From IMG/VR virus record IMGVR_UViG_3300033153_006334, positions 1-54,067 of that record: a stretch of DNA of 54,067 nt; one strand, 5' to 3'. The DNA is from a virus. Its lineage: Duplodnaviria; Caudoviricetes. Under the pieces are notes generated by a model that saw only the letters and a program-made list of their open reading frames with translations, was not told the DNA's origin and did no database searches. How positions within the stretch are numbered: the first letter of the stretch is position 1; each line of letters opens with the position of its first letter. The position numbers and the translations under genes were made by a program. This document shows positions 38,452 to 47,133 of this stretch, piece after piece.

Positions 38452-39378
38452 GTGAAGACTTTAATATACGTTTTTTTGGGTTTACTTATTGCTTCGATTT
38501 GTTCGGCATCTGTAACACTTCGATGGGATGCCAATACAGAAACAGATTTAGCAGGTTATAAATTATATTATAAGATAGACACACCAGGGTCCCCTTATAA
38601 TGGAACTGGTGCAACTGAGGGCAATTCACCAATAGACATTCCTTTAACAACAGTGGGTTTCGACCAGGTCAATCCTGAGTTTACGGTAAATGAATTAAGT
38701 GTTGGGAGTATCTATTTCTTAGTCCTTACTGCATATGACACAGCAAATAATGAGAGTGGCTACTCAAACGAAGTATTGACTTTTTATATGTCTGCACCAG
38801 TAAATGGGTTTGTGATTAATTCAAGTAATTATACTGCCTTTAATGTAAGTGGTAGAGCAGCAGCTTTCATTGATGTAAATATCTACTCTAACAATGTATT
38901 AATTGGAACAGTGGCACCCGATGCAGATGGAGTATGGTCAGCAGATATTAATTTTACTGGTGAAGTTGAGGGACCAATTAATATAGAAGCTAAAACAAAT
39001 ACACCTACAACTCTGTTGACATCTGATAGTGCGGCTGGCACGTTAAACTATTCAGCCCCTGACCCACCAATAATAACTCAATCATTAGTAGTTACTTCTG
39101 TTACTGCTACGTCAGTGGGTCTTGAATGGGAGGATATTCCTCAGGCAACTGGATATGTTGTGTATAGAGATGGTACAGAAAGAGACCGGACAGCAGACAA
39201 CCAGTATACAGATGTGGGATTGACACCAGATACAACCTATGAGTATGAAGTATCAACAGTAGATAATGTCAATATTAAATCAAATTCAGAAAGTGTTACA
39301 ACATCAGAAGAAAGCACAACTACACCACCACCCAAAAAGAAAGATAGTGGTTGTTTTATTAACTCAATCAAACAGTGA
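38452..39378 (+). CDS. secreted fibronectin type III / Ig-like protein with C-terminal GCFI motif
   Basis: Signal peptide; FN3 motifs 'VTLRWDAN...GYKLYY...TAYD...ESGYSNE' and 'LEW...GYVVYRDG...LTPDTTYEYEV'; ends KKKDSGCFINSIKQ. Confidence 0.85.
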   Translation: MKTLIYVFLGLLIASICSASVTLRWDANTETDLAGYKLYYKIDTPGSPYNGTGATEGNSPIDIPLTTVGFDQVNPEFTVNELSVGSIYFLVLTAYDTANNESGYSNEVLTFYMSAPVNGFVINSSNYTAFNVSGRAAAFIDVNIYSNNVLIGTVAPDADGVWSADINFTGEVEGPINIEAKTNTPTTLLTSDSAAGTLNYSAPDPPIITQSLVVTSVTATSVGLEWEDIPQATGYVVYRDGTERDRTADNQYTDVGLTPDTTYEYEVSTVDNVNIKSNSESVTTSEESTTTPPPKKKDSGCFINSIKQ

Positions 39379-39390
39379 AGGAGGTAAATT

Positions 39391-39945
39391 ATGGATTGGA
39401 CAAAAGTAGTTGATTTGGTTAAAACATCAGCGCCAATACTTGGAACTGTTATTGGTGGTCCCGCAGGAGGTGCGATTGGTGGCTTAGCAAGTGGTGCAAT
39501 TTCGTTAGTAGCTTCAGCTTTTGGGGTAGAGGATGTAGAAAATCCAGAAGTTATTTACAATGCCATTAAGGCTGACCCAGATGCCATAGTCAAATTAAAA
39601 CAAATTGAATTAGAAAATAAGGTAGAACTGGCAAAATTGGCATTGCAGAGCAACCAATCTTATATTTTAGATACCCAAAATGCAAGAGGCAGGGAAGTAG
39701 AACTTACAAAAGCAACAGGTAAGAAAGAAATCAATTTATATGTTTTAGCATGGTTGGTTGTTAGTGGATTTTTTCTATTGACAACTGCATTGGTATTTAT
39801 AACTCTTCCAAAAGATTCAAGTGGAGTTGTTTTTATGTTGTTTGGTGGTCTCGTTGCTGGGTTTACTCAAGTGATGAATTATTTCTTTGGGACAAGTAAA
39901 TCATCTGGTGATAAAACGAACTTGTTGGCACTTAAAAAGGACTAA
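39391..39945 (+). CDS. holin-like membrane protein
   Basis: 'APILGTVIGGPAGG' N-terminus; two C-terminal TMs; 'YFFGTSKSS'. Confidence 0.7.
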   Translation: MDWTKVVDLVKTSAPILGTVIGGPAGGAIGGLASGAISLVASAFGVEDVENPEVIYNAIKADPDAIVKLKQIELENKVELAKLALQSNQSYILDTQNARGREVELTKATGKKEINLYVLAWLVVSGFFLLTTALVFITLPKDSSGVVFMLFGGLVAGFTQVMNYFFGTSKSSGDKTNLLALKKD

Positions 39946-39978
39946 TGGCAGTTAACTTTTAACAGGAGGTAAGTAAGC

Positions 39979-40149
39979 ATGGATATTTTTATTGGCATTG
40001 TAGTCGGAGTTGTGGTTGGTGGGGTTATTATGTTTCTTGTGGCTCGAAACAACCAGAAGAAATTTAATGAAGCATTGAACATTGACCCTAAAGCGAAAGC
40101 TAAAGAGGCTCTTGCTGAGTTAAAGCGGAAAATTGGAAGTAAGATATAA
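39979..40149 (+). CDS. small single-TM protein (56 aa, not in ORF track)
   Basis: AGGAGGT RBS; MDIFIGIVVGVVVGGVIMFLVARNN...KIGSKI. Confidence 0.75.
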   Translation: MDIFIGIVVGVVVGGVIMFLVARNNQKKFNEALNIDPKAKAKEALAELKRKIGSKI

Positions 40150-40156
40150 TTGATCT

Positions 40157-40185
40157 AACTCCCCTCTATTCTTTAGGGGGGAGTT
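40157..40185. terminator. hairpin at the convergence of the two arms, candidate terminator
   Basis: AACTCCCCTCTA-TTCTT-TAGGGGGGAGTT, 12-bp stem with one G-U on +; no strong U-tract. Confidence 0.6.
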
Positions 40186-40405
40186 CAAACAACCTGTCCC
40201 ACTCATTATATAATTCCCTCAATGCATTCTTTTTTGAGTCTCTAATAGTTTCTAAGTATTTAATAGACCGTTTGATTTTTAGATAACTGAGCTTTTGGGC
40301 AATTGCGGCTTCTGACTTGTTCACATGATTTGCAATTTGTAAGTTGGTTTTGCAATCATAGTTAGCAAGCAGATAATCCATTTGCCACTCTAACCATTCA
40401 GCCAT
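40166..40405 (-). CDS. small HTH-like protein
   Basis: 'W...YL..NY...TN.QIA.H.NKSE.AI..K...L'. Confidence 0.55.
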   Translation of the reverse strand: MAEWLEWQMDYLLANYDCKTNLQIANHVNKSEAAIAQKLSYLKIKRSIKYLETIRDSKKNALRELYNEWDRLFELPPKE

Positions 40406-41022
40406 TACTTTTCCTTTACAGTACTTATTTTTCCCTTTTTAGATACATAGAAAGTTTTGTCCGCCGATATATTTATTTCATCTTGATGGGACACCATTAT
40501 TATTTGAAGTCCGAGACTCGTAGATATCATTTTAAGCATGTCGGATACTTTGTGTTGCAAGTCTGGGCTAACATTCCTAAACGGTTCATCCAGTCCCATA
40601 GTAGCACGATTCTTTTTTAAAGACCAAAAGGATATCCTCAAAGCAAAGGATGCTATGTCAACGGCTCCGAATCCAGACCCTTCCAATGGATGATATTCAT
40701 TCCCATGCTCTTTAAATAACAAGTCACATTCTGTCTTATTTCTTCTTGTTACAAATCTGACTACAAACTCGATGTCTTCATCAAACACCGAGCGTATAGC
40801 AGTCGTGACAAGCTTGGAAATGTGATATTCTAGATTGCTCTGCGTTATCCTTGCCACTTCTTGGAAGATTAAACGTGACTTCTCCGCATGTGTAGCTCTA
40901 TCTTTATGAAAGGTATAGCTCTCTTCTAGACTACCAATTTGTTCTTCCAGTAATGCCTTTCTTGTTTTGGCATCCCGAAAGTGTTCTTTTATGCCTTCAA
41001 ATTCTTCTAAGTTCATTACCAT
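40405..41022 (-). CDS. SbcC/Rad50-like ABC ATPase, C-terminal half
   Basis: Signature-like 'EGSGFG', Walker B 'LDEPF', H-loop 'VSHQ'; no Walker A. Confidence 0.85.
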   Translation of the reverse strand: MVMNLEEFEGIKEHFRDAKTRKALLEEQIGSLEESYTFHKDRATHAEKSRLIFQEVARITQSNLEYHISKLVTTAIRSVFDEDIEFVVRFVTRRNKTECDLLFKEHGNEYHPLEGSGFGAVDIASFALRISFWSLKKNRATMGLDEPFRNVSPDLQHKVSDMLKMISTSLGLQIIMVSHQDEINISADKTFYVSKKGKISTVKEK

Positions 41023-41255
41023 TCATATCCTTCCCTTAACACATTGTATTTTTTATCCAGTTCCTTCTGGCTTTTTTCCATCTTCTTTTTGATGTCCTTT
41101 AAGAGTTTAACAGCTTCTTCAACAGTGGCAACACCAAATCTTTCTTCCATCTGTTTGAGCAAAGTTTCGAGCATTCCCCCTAACTTGCTTTGTTCTTCCT
41201 TTGCTTCACCTATTGCCTCTTCCAATTCGTCCAGTTTCTTTTCAATTTCATCCAT
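41016..41255 (-). CDS. coiled-coil protein, probable SbcCD complex subunit
   Basis: All-helical heptads; coupled between nuclease and ATPase C-half. Confidence 0.65.
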   Translation of the reverse strand: MDEIEKKLDELEEAIGEAKEEQSKLGGMLETLLKQMEERFGVATVEEAVKLLKDIKKKMEKSQKELDKKYNVLREGYEW

Positions 41256-42174
41256 TCATTACCTCCTCTATTATGTCTAAAGTTCCTTGTTCGATTGAGT
41301 CTTCATTCTCTTTTATATATTGTTGTAGGTTTAATGCATAGTCAAGACCTTCAATCTTAACATTATCTTTTAATCGAGCAACAAATGCCTCAAGCTCTTT
41401 GTTTTCCTTCTTTTCCTTTTCGATTACAGACAAGTCAAATACTTTCTCAGCAGGCTCTATTGGTATGTAATGCTTTTCGATTGTCCTGTCTTTAGTATCA
41501 TAGATATAAACACATGGCTTATGGTCAAGCTGTGCTGTTGTCATTCGCATTAAAGACCCACAATTGATAAGATGTTTTTTATTATTTTTGCCCATTGAAA
41601 TAGAAAAAGAATTGTGGTTATCCCCAGCCACCACAAGGTCAAACTTATGACTGCGTAGAAAAATAGCCCCTTTAGTTGCATCTTCCTGTCCCTCCCATAG
41701 TTTTTTGTTTTTAATTACCATCTTGTGCATGACTAAGATGTGTATGTCTTTCTTTGGTGAGTCCTGATGTAATACTTTTGGAATGTCTTCAAACCATGAA
41801 GCTCCATATAGATGTATGTTTGCAAAGGAGTGTTCATAATTGATAATATCTAAAACTCTTGCAGCCTCTAATACCCTAAGAGGAGTGTTCTTTGTATCAG
41901 AACTATGGTATCTCAAATCGTGCTGCCCAAATATTGTTTTAATAGGACAATCATATGTTTGTAAAAGAATCTTTATTATTTCCCCTTTGAGAAGGTCATT
42001 TGCTTTATGACTGTCAAAGAAATCCCCAGGCTGTAATATCAATGAACAATTCTTTTCTCTTACAAGATTGAGAATGTAATTCAGTTTTTTCCACTGTGCT
42101 TTAAAATAATTGTCGATTCTTTTTTTAGGTTGACTTGTTGTTATATGCCAATCACCTGTTAGTAATATTTTCAT
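41248..42174 (-). CDS. SbcD/Mre11-like metallophosphoesterase nuclease
   Basis: 'GDWH', 'PGDFFD', 'GQHD', 'GDNH', 'NCGSL'; ATGA-coupled start at 42174. Confidence 0.9.
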   Translation of the reverse strand: MKILLTGDWHITTSQPKKRIDNYFKAQWKKLNYILNLVREKNCSLILQPGDFFDSHKANDLLKGEIIKILLQTYDCPIKTIFGQHDLRYHSSDTKNTPLRVLEAARVLDIINYEHSFANIHLYGASWFEDIPKVLHQDSPKKDIHILVMHKMVIKNKKLWEGQEDATKGAIFLRSHKFDLVVAGDNHNSFSISMGKNNKKHLINCGSLMRMTTAQLDHKPCVYIYDTKDRTIEKHYIPIEPAEKVFDLSVIEKEKKENKELEAFVARLKDNVKIEGLDYALNLQQYIKENEDSIEQGTLDIIEEVMNG

Positions 42175-42380
42175 TTTTGAAATCCTATTTTTAATTTTTC
42201 TGCTTCCTTTTTGTGTACTTCTATGTCTTCTAACCATTTAGAATGTCTAGTTCCTGTCTCCCACCACACACATTCATAAGAAACATTTAGGGTTTTGCCT
42301 CTAATACACACAGCTAAAATTATACCATTTCTATTAGGTTGCTTTATTTTTACTTTGCTGCCAATAGCCAAAACTTCCAT
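42171..42380 (-). CDS. small SH3-like hypothetical protein
   Basis: 'IGSKVKI...GII...YECVWW'. Confidence 0.55.
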   Translation of the reverse strand: MEVLAIGSKVKIKQPNRNGIILAVCIRGKTLNVSYECVWWETGTRHSKWLEDIEVHKKEAEKLKIGFQK

Positions 42381-42382
42381 TT

Positions 42383-43465
42383 TTATTTTCTCCAATGTTG
42401 TTGGTAAGCTCCACATTTCGAGCAAAACATATCTTTATTCGATTTTAGCAGTTGAGTTCTTTCCTTTGTATCAGTTCTGAGCGTGTCAGAGACAAAATTT
42501 AAGGACTTTTCCACTGTCTGAACGTCATTGTATAGCTTTTCAAGTTCATCATGCTTATTTTTCAACTCAGACAGTTCGGTAGATAATACTTTTGCCTCTT
42601 TTACATCACTATCAAGAGAAATGATGTCCTTGGCAAATTCCATCCCAGCTATTGTATTATTACATTGATTTACCAATGAGTTGAGTGCTTCTTTTTTTTC
42701 CTTCAGTTTTATTAATCGAGCTTGCCTTTTCTTTATTTGTTTGAATGATATTTCAATCTCCAACCATTCTTCTATCTCTGCAAGTTCGTTTTGCTTTCTT
42801 TTTATTTCCCTTCTTGATTCATCGAGAGTGTTATAATGTTTTTGCGTTGTCGATACGTTGCTGTATATTATATTGATTTGGTCTATTTGATTCCCAACGT
42901 CTTCCAGATTATCATACTTTTTTATCTCTTCCCTTTTATGTCCTATTTCATTTTTAAGTCTGCCACTTTCTGCAAGAGAAGAACTAATTATTCTGCTAAC
43001 GGTTTTGTTAACTTCGTGGATGATCTCAAGACCTACTATCTTGTTCAATGCTTTAGCTACGTTGCCGGGAGTCTCTTGCAGCATGAAGAATTTTTCTGCC
43101 TGAGATTGAATGTTTATATTATTCATGTTGGATATGAGACTGACTTCTTCTGGCACATCTGTTCGGAGTGCTTCGAGTGGTTCACAATCACTTGCAATGT
43201 ATCCGTTGAATTTGTTGTGCCTTTGTCTGCTAATATAAGTGCCATCATCAAACCCAATTGATGATTCTGTTATTTCTTTATTTGTGGAGAACCAAGATTT
43301 GAAGTTGAATCCTGAAGGTTTGTTTTGGAGTGCCCATATCATTGCTCGTATGAGTGAGGACTTGCCATGATGGCTTGTTCCTTTGATGTTATTCACGCCC
43401 TTGTCAAATTCAAGGAGTGAATATTTATGCCCTTGAAAGTTAGTTACTTCGAGTGCTTTAATCAT
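42383..43465 (-). CDS. SbcC/Rad50-like ABC ATPase, N-terminal half ending in a CxxC zinc hook
   Basis: 'NFQGH', Walker A 'GTSHHGKS', Q-loop 'IQSQ', coiled coil, terminal 'CSKCG'. Confidence 0.85.
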   Translation of the reverse strand: MIKALEVTNFQGHKYSLLEFDKGVNNIKGTSHHGKSSLIRAMIWALQNKPSGFNFKSWFSTNKEITESSIGFDDGTYISRQRHNKFNGYIASDCEPLEALRTDVPEEVSLISNMNNINIQSQAEKFFMLQETPGNVAKALNKIVGLEIIHEVNKTVSRIISSSLAESGRLKNEIGHKREEIKKYDNLEDVGNQIDQINIIYSNVSTTQKHYNTLDESRREIKRKQNELAEIEEWLEIEISFKQIKKRQARLIKLKEKKEALNSLVNQCNNTIAGMEFAKDIISLDSDVKEAKVLSTELSELKNKHDELEKLYNDVQTVEKSLNFVSDTLRTDTKERTQLLKSNKDMFCSKCGAYQQHWRK

Positions 43466-43491
43466 TTCTTTTCCCTATGGATTAGATTGTA

Positions 43492-43695
43492 TTAGTATTT
43501 TATGCCTGCAATACGTTGCCCGACTGCCAATACGTGATTTTCAAGTATTGTGATTCTTTCTACAATCTCTGGTCTACTGTGTTCATCTACCAAACGACAT
43601 AGTTTGTGCAGCCGTTCTAATTCATTGTCAAAGTATTTGATATTTTCCATACTCTCTTCAACATACCAAGGATATTTCTTTTTAAAGAATTGCAT
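43492..43695 (-). CDS. hypothetical protein
   Basis: AAGGAG RBS before ATG 43695 (MQFFKKKY...). Confidence 0.65.
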   Translation of the reverse strand: MQFFKKKYPWYVEESMENIKYFDNELERLHKLCRLVDEHSRPEIVERITILENHVLAVGQRIAGIKY

Positions 43696-43705
43696 TGAAT
43701 CTCCT

Positions 43706-43804
43706 TTCAAGAAGCGGTGCCAGCAGGACGACCGGCAGACGGGGAAAGATAAGCTAACCCTGGCAGTTTCGTCCATTGTTGCCACCGGATACTGGCACGT
43801 TGAA
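43706..43804 (-). ncRNA. candidate structured RNA / cis-regulatory leader
   Basis: GC-rich intergenic island with nested stems and a 6-bp crossing helix. Confidence 0.45.
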
Positions 43805-43987
43805 TTATCCTGCTTTTTTTATGTCCATAAGGTCTTCCCTTATAGACTTACAGGTTTTTATTAATGACATCAGTTTTTTCCTCAGACGAGTGCAAGCAAC
43901 CTTTTGTCCTTTATCTGCTTTTTCAGCATCCGTCTGAAATCCATCTACTATTTGAACCATCTTGTCGATTTGTGGTGTAATCTTCAT
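43805..43987 (-). CDS. histone H1-like (Hc1 family) nucleoid protein
   Basis: 'DAEKADKGQKVACTRLRK' matches the Hc1-type 'KGNKAAGTRARK' pattern. Confidence 0.7.
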   Translation of the reverse strand: MKITPQIDKMVQIVDGFQTDAEKADKGQKVACTRLRKKLMSLIKTCKSIREDLMDIKKAG

Positions 43988-44478
43988 TTTACCTCCTTCC
44001 TCTTCAGTATTAACTTTTTCTCTTTTAAGATAAGTTTCGGTTCCTTCTTTGTCAACTGTGGCAATGATAAATATGTTGAATAACCAGATGATTCGGAAGA
44101 ATATTTGCTTCTTCCTACATCAGACAATAATTTAAAAAATACATCTGCATCCAAGACAATAATTGGTTCATGTTGATTTCTTTTTACTACCAATAGCCAA
44201 TCAGTTCCTTTTTTTTGATTCTCTTTAGCTTGGACTATCCACTTAGGAATTGACCAAGTTTCTTGATATTTACATTCAACAGCCCAAGGAAACATCTTTT
44301 GAGCTTTTCCGATTAAACGAACATCCGTACCAGACTGACCCATTTCTCTTGAAGCAATGAGTTCATCTTTCCCACATGGAATGCCAGTCAACTCAGATAT
44401 CTTTCTCATCGTCCATTGTTGTAACCGTCTTCCTTTGGCTTTTGCAGACTGTACAGATATTCGTTTATTTTTTTTCAT
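43984..44478 (-). CDS. Holliday junction resolvase, PD-(D/E)xK family
   Basis: 'SAKAKGRRLQQW', 'GTDV', 'VECKYQE'. Confidence 0.8.
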   Translation of the reverse strand: MKKNKRISVQSAKAKGRRLQQWTMRKISELTGIPCGKDELIASREMGQSGTDVRLIGKAQKMFPWAVECKYQETWSIPKWIVQAKENQKKGTDWLLVVKRNQHEPIIVLDADVFFKLLSDVGRSKYSSESSGYSTYLSLPQLTKKEPKLILKEKKLILKRKEVK

Positions 44479-44480
44479 AG

Positions 44481-45353
44481 CTATTTATCCTTGAAGACGT
44501 ACACTGTCAACCATGGTAGAGTTCTTAACCATGCACTTCCTTTGGAGTATCCGGTTCCTGCTGAAGACGAAGCACTTCTACCACGATTGTCCATATCATT
44601 TATAATTCCGCCAGAGCCATTCCATCCAACTCCCCAACCACTGTTTTCCGATTTAGTAGTTGCGCCTTCATCTATAAACATAATCTTTGTGCCTTGCATT
44701 ATACAGGCACTCAGGACAGCCTTTTGTAATACGACAAAGGAAGAAACCATTTCCTTTGTATACTTTGGATTGGATTTGATCGTCAATATTCCAATGGCTT
44801 CCACTTTGTTCAAGTCAACTGATTTTACTACTTCTATCGACCCCGTTGGCTCTTCTTCGTGTCTTCCATTGTATGACCCACCAGAAGTGATGCACTTTCC
44901 TTTTCCCCATGCTTTGTCGTAATGCTTTAATGCGTGTTCATAGGAATAGTCTTTCTTAAATTTAGTAAGTAAATCAAATTTGGTAAACTCAGAGCCATGA
45001 TTTGCACTTTCTTTATATGTTCCTAAAGGCGCAAATACAATATCTGGGACAACAAGATGATTCCGTTTTGTTTCTGCTTGTTCAAAGACAACATTTTGCT
45101 TTACCCCTTCATTGTGTGCAGTCTGTCCTTGTATCTGTCCTTGCTGTTGTCCTTGTTTGTTGTAATTAATATTTGTGTTTTTGTTTATATTGGTATTCAC
45201 ATTCTTGTTGAAATTGGCATTTGCGTTGACGCTTGTGTTTTTGTTTATGTTGGTATTTGTATCAATATCAATATCTCCAAGAAATGCCATTGACGGAGTT
45301 GAAATAAAAAATACCAGTAAGATTGCGAATAAGATTGTGTATAATTTTTTCAT
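44481..45353 (-). CDS. exported protein with Asn-rich and QGQ repeats
   Basis: Signal peptide ending PSMA; NTNINKN repeats; QGQQQGQIQGQ. Confidence 0.7.
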   Translation of the reverse strand: MKKLYTILFAILLVFFISTPSMAFLGDIDIDTNTNINKNTSVNANANFNKNVNTNINKNTNINYNKQGQQQGQIQGQTAHNEGVKQNVVFEQAETKRNHLVVPDIVFAPLGTYKESANHGSEFTKFDLLTKFKKDYSYEHALKHYDKAWGKGKCITSGGSYNGRHEEEPTGSIEVVKSVDLNKVEAIGILTIKSNPKYTKEMVSSFVVLQKAVLSACIMQGTKIMFIDEGATTKSENSGWGVGWNGSGGIINDMDNRGRSASSSAGTGYSKGSAWLRTLPWLTVYVFKDK

Positions 45354-45371
45354 GGTTAGTTTCTCCTTTTT

Positions 45372-46265
45372 TTATAAAGTTGTGGTTTTTGTTTCAACCG
45401 AAATAATAATTGTTGAGCCTATTTGCATACGCAAATAGTCTACTTTTGGATTAAGCTCTTGCAGTTTCTTCCAATTCAACATATTGCCCGTATATTTTTG
45501 AGCTATCAAGGAGAGAGTGTCCCCTTCAATAACTGTGTGTGTTCGAGCTTTTTGTTGTGCTGGTTCTTCTTCGTCCAACTCTAAAATCACCTCCTTTATT
45601 TGTTCATTATGACCATTTTCTGATAGTCCTTTAAAGACAACAAACTTGCCCATTGAGTTATAAACATTTTTTACATATTGTTTATCGTAGTTTACATACT
45701 GCAAAAGGGCTTTCTCCATGTTGTTATTATTTTCACCCAAGTATTGTTTTAGCACAAAAGCACCAGAGTCAACGCCTGTTTCTATATCGTGGAAATCAAA
45801 TCTGCTTTCTAAGTTGAGTTTTTTTACCCATACAGGCATTACCTGCATCAGTCCTCTTGCCCCTGCTTTGCTGCGTAGAGTTGGATTGAAATGGCTCTCC
45901 CGTTCCATCACTGCAATAATTGGGATGATTGGCAGATTATGTTTATCACTTGCAATTACAATGTTTTTGGCAATCTCTGTTGCAACAAGTCTTGGTATTG
46001 TTTTATTAATCCGCAGTATATAATCCCTAATTTGATTGTTAATCTTTCTTTCCTTCTCCTGCATTTCAACCACTTTCTGTACAAGTGAGATATTGGCATC
46101 TAGTAGTTTATCTGTAATTACTTTTGCCTCTGCCAAGTCAGATTTGTATGCATGTATCTGCCACCCCATCAAGAGAAGAGTAATAGAAATTACCGACATA
46201 ATTAAAACTACTCCCAATTTTTTCTTGTCAATCCTACTTTCTTTTTCTAATAGGTTTGCACTCAT
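45372..46265 (-). CDS. membrane-anchored lytic transglycosylase (SLT) with LysM domain
   Basis: N-terminal TM; 'ERESHFNP...GARGLMQV'; 'HTVIEGDTLSLIAQKY'. Confidence 0.9.
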   Translation of the reverse strand: MSANLLEKESRIDKKKLGVVLIMSVISITLLLMGWQIHAYKSDLAEAKVITDKLLDANISLVQKVVEMQEKERKINNQIRDYILRINKTIPRLVATEIAKNIVIASDKHNLPIIPIIAVMERESHFNPTLRSKAGARGLMQVMPVWVKKLNLESRFDFHDIETGVDSGAFVLKQYLGENNNNMEKALLQYVNYDKQYVKNVYNSMGKFVVFKGLSENGHNEQIKEVILELDEEEPAQQKARTHTVIEGDTLSLIAQKYTGNMLNWKKLQELNPKVDYLRMQIGSTIIISVETKTTTL

Positions 46266-46282
46266 TTTGTCTACCTCCTTTG

Positions 46283-47133
46283 TTATTGTAAGTTAAATGC
46301 GTCTTCCCATTCTCTAAAACTTTCAGCATTTGTAAATGATCTAAAATTTAATTTCTCGAATGTATCATAGAAATCTTTTGAATACAAGATGTTTTCTTTG
46401 TACACAAAATCCTTTGTTCCTTCAAATGGTAAGGATACTAATGGTTTGTTTCTTTTTATTATCTCTTGCCCTTCTTCAGACTCAATACTTTTGAATGTTT
46501 TGTGGTGTTCTGGTAATGTTTTAAGTAAGTATTTTATAGCAGTCTTATATCCCACTCCTTCAATACCAACCACGTTATCAGTTGAACATCCTGCCATTGC
46601 TTTTACGTTTCGCCATTCGTAACTGTTAATCCCATATTTCTTTTGAAACCTGGCTCTTGTCATCATTTCTTTAGATTGAAAATCCCACTGAGAAGAGTAC
46701 AATCCTATGAATTGCCATAAATCATTGTCTCTACTCACTACAATTTTCATTGGGCAATTCGTACACTTAACCAGAGAGGCTATAATATCATCCGCCTCAA
46801 GTCCCGTTTGAATAAAGTTGTTCTCGTTATTCTTGAAACCAAGAGCAGGAAGAACATCCCTTCTCAGTCTATGGAATTGTGTATAAGCAATGCCATCAAA
46901 AACTTTCTCCTCTTTTGTCTTCGATAGAGCTTTGCACGATAGCTTAATTTGCTGTCCCAAGTGAAGGCAAATGCGTTAGAATTGAACCTTTTTGCAAATC
47001 CGAGTACATCATTAAGGAAGTTAAATATAATCTCTGTTTTCATCTCATCGAATGACAGTTCTACATTCTTCATGGCATGTTTAGCTCTATGGCAAATTGC
47101 AGGACTATCTATTATTATCAAGTCTTGTTTCAT
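46283..47133 (-). pseudogene. 5'-3' exonuclease/flap endonuclease interrupted by a frameshifting deletion (or assembly error)
   Basis: N-part 'IIID...WDSKLSYRAKLY' and C-part 'EADDIIA...SRDNDLWQ...TDNVVGIEGVGYKTA' in different frames; junction ~46920-46925. Confidence 0.75.

Noticed and set aside
32025-39378. Diversity-generating retroelement or invertible fibre cassette
   Set aside because: No reverse transcriptase or invertase, and no adenine-variant repeat pair noticed by eye.
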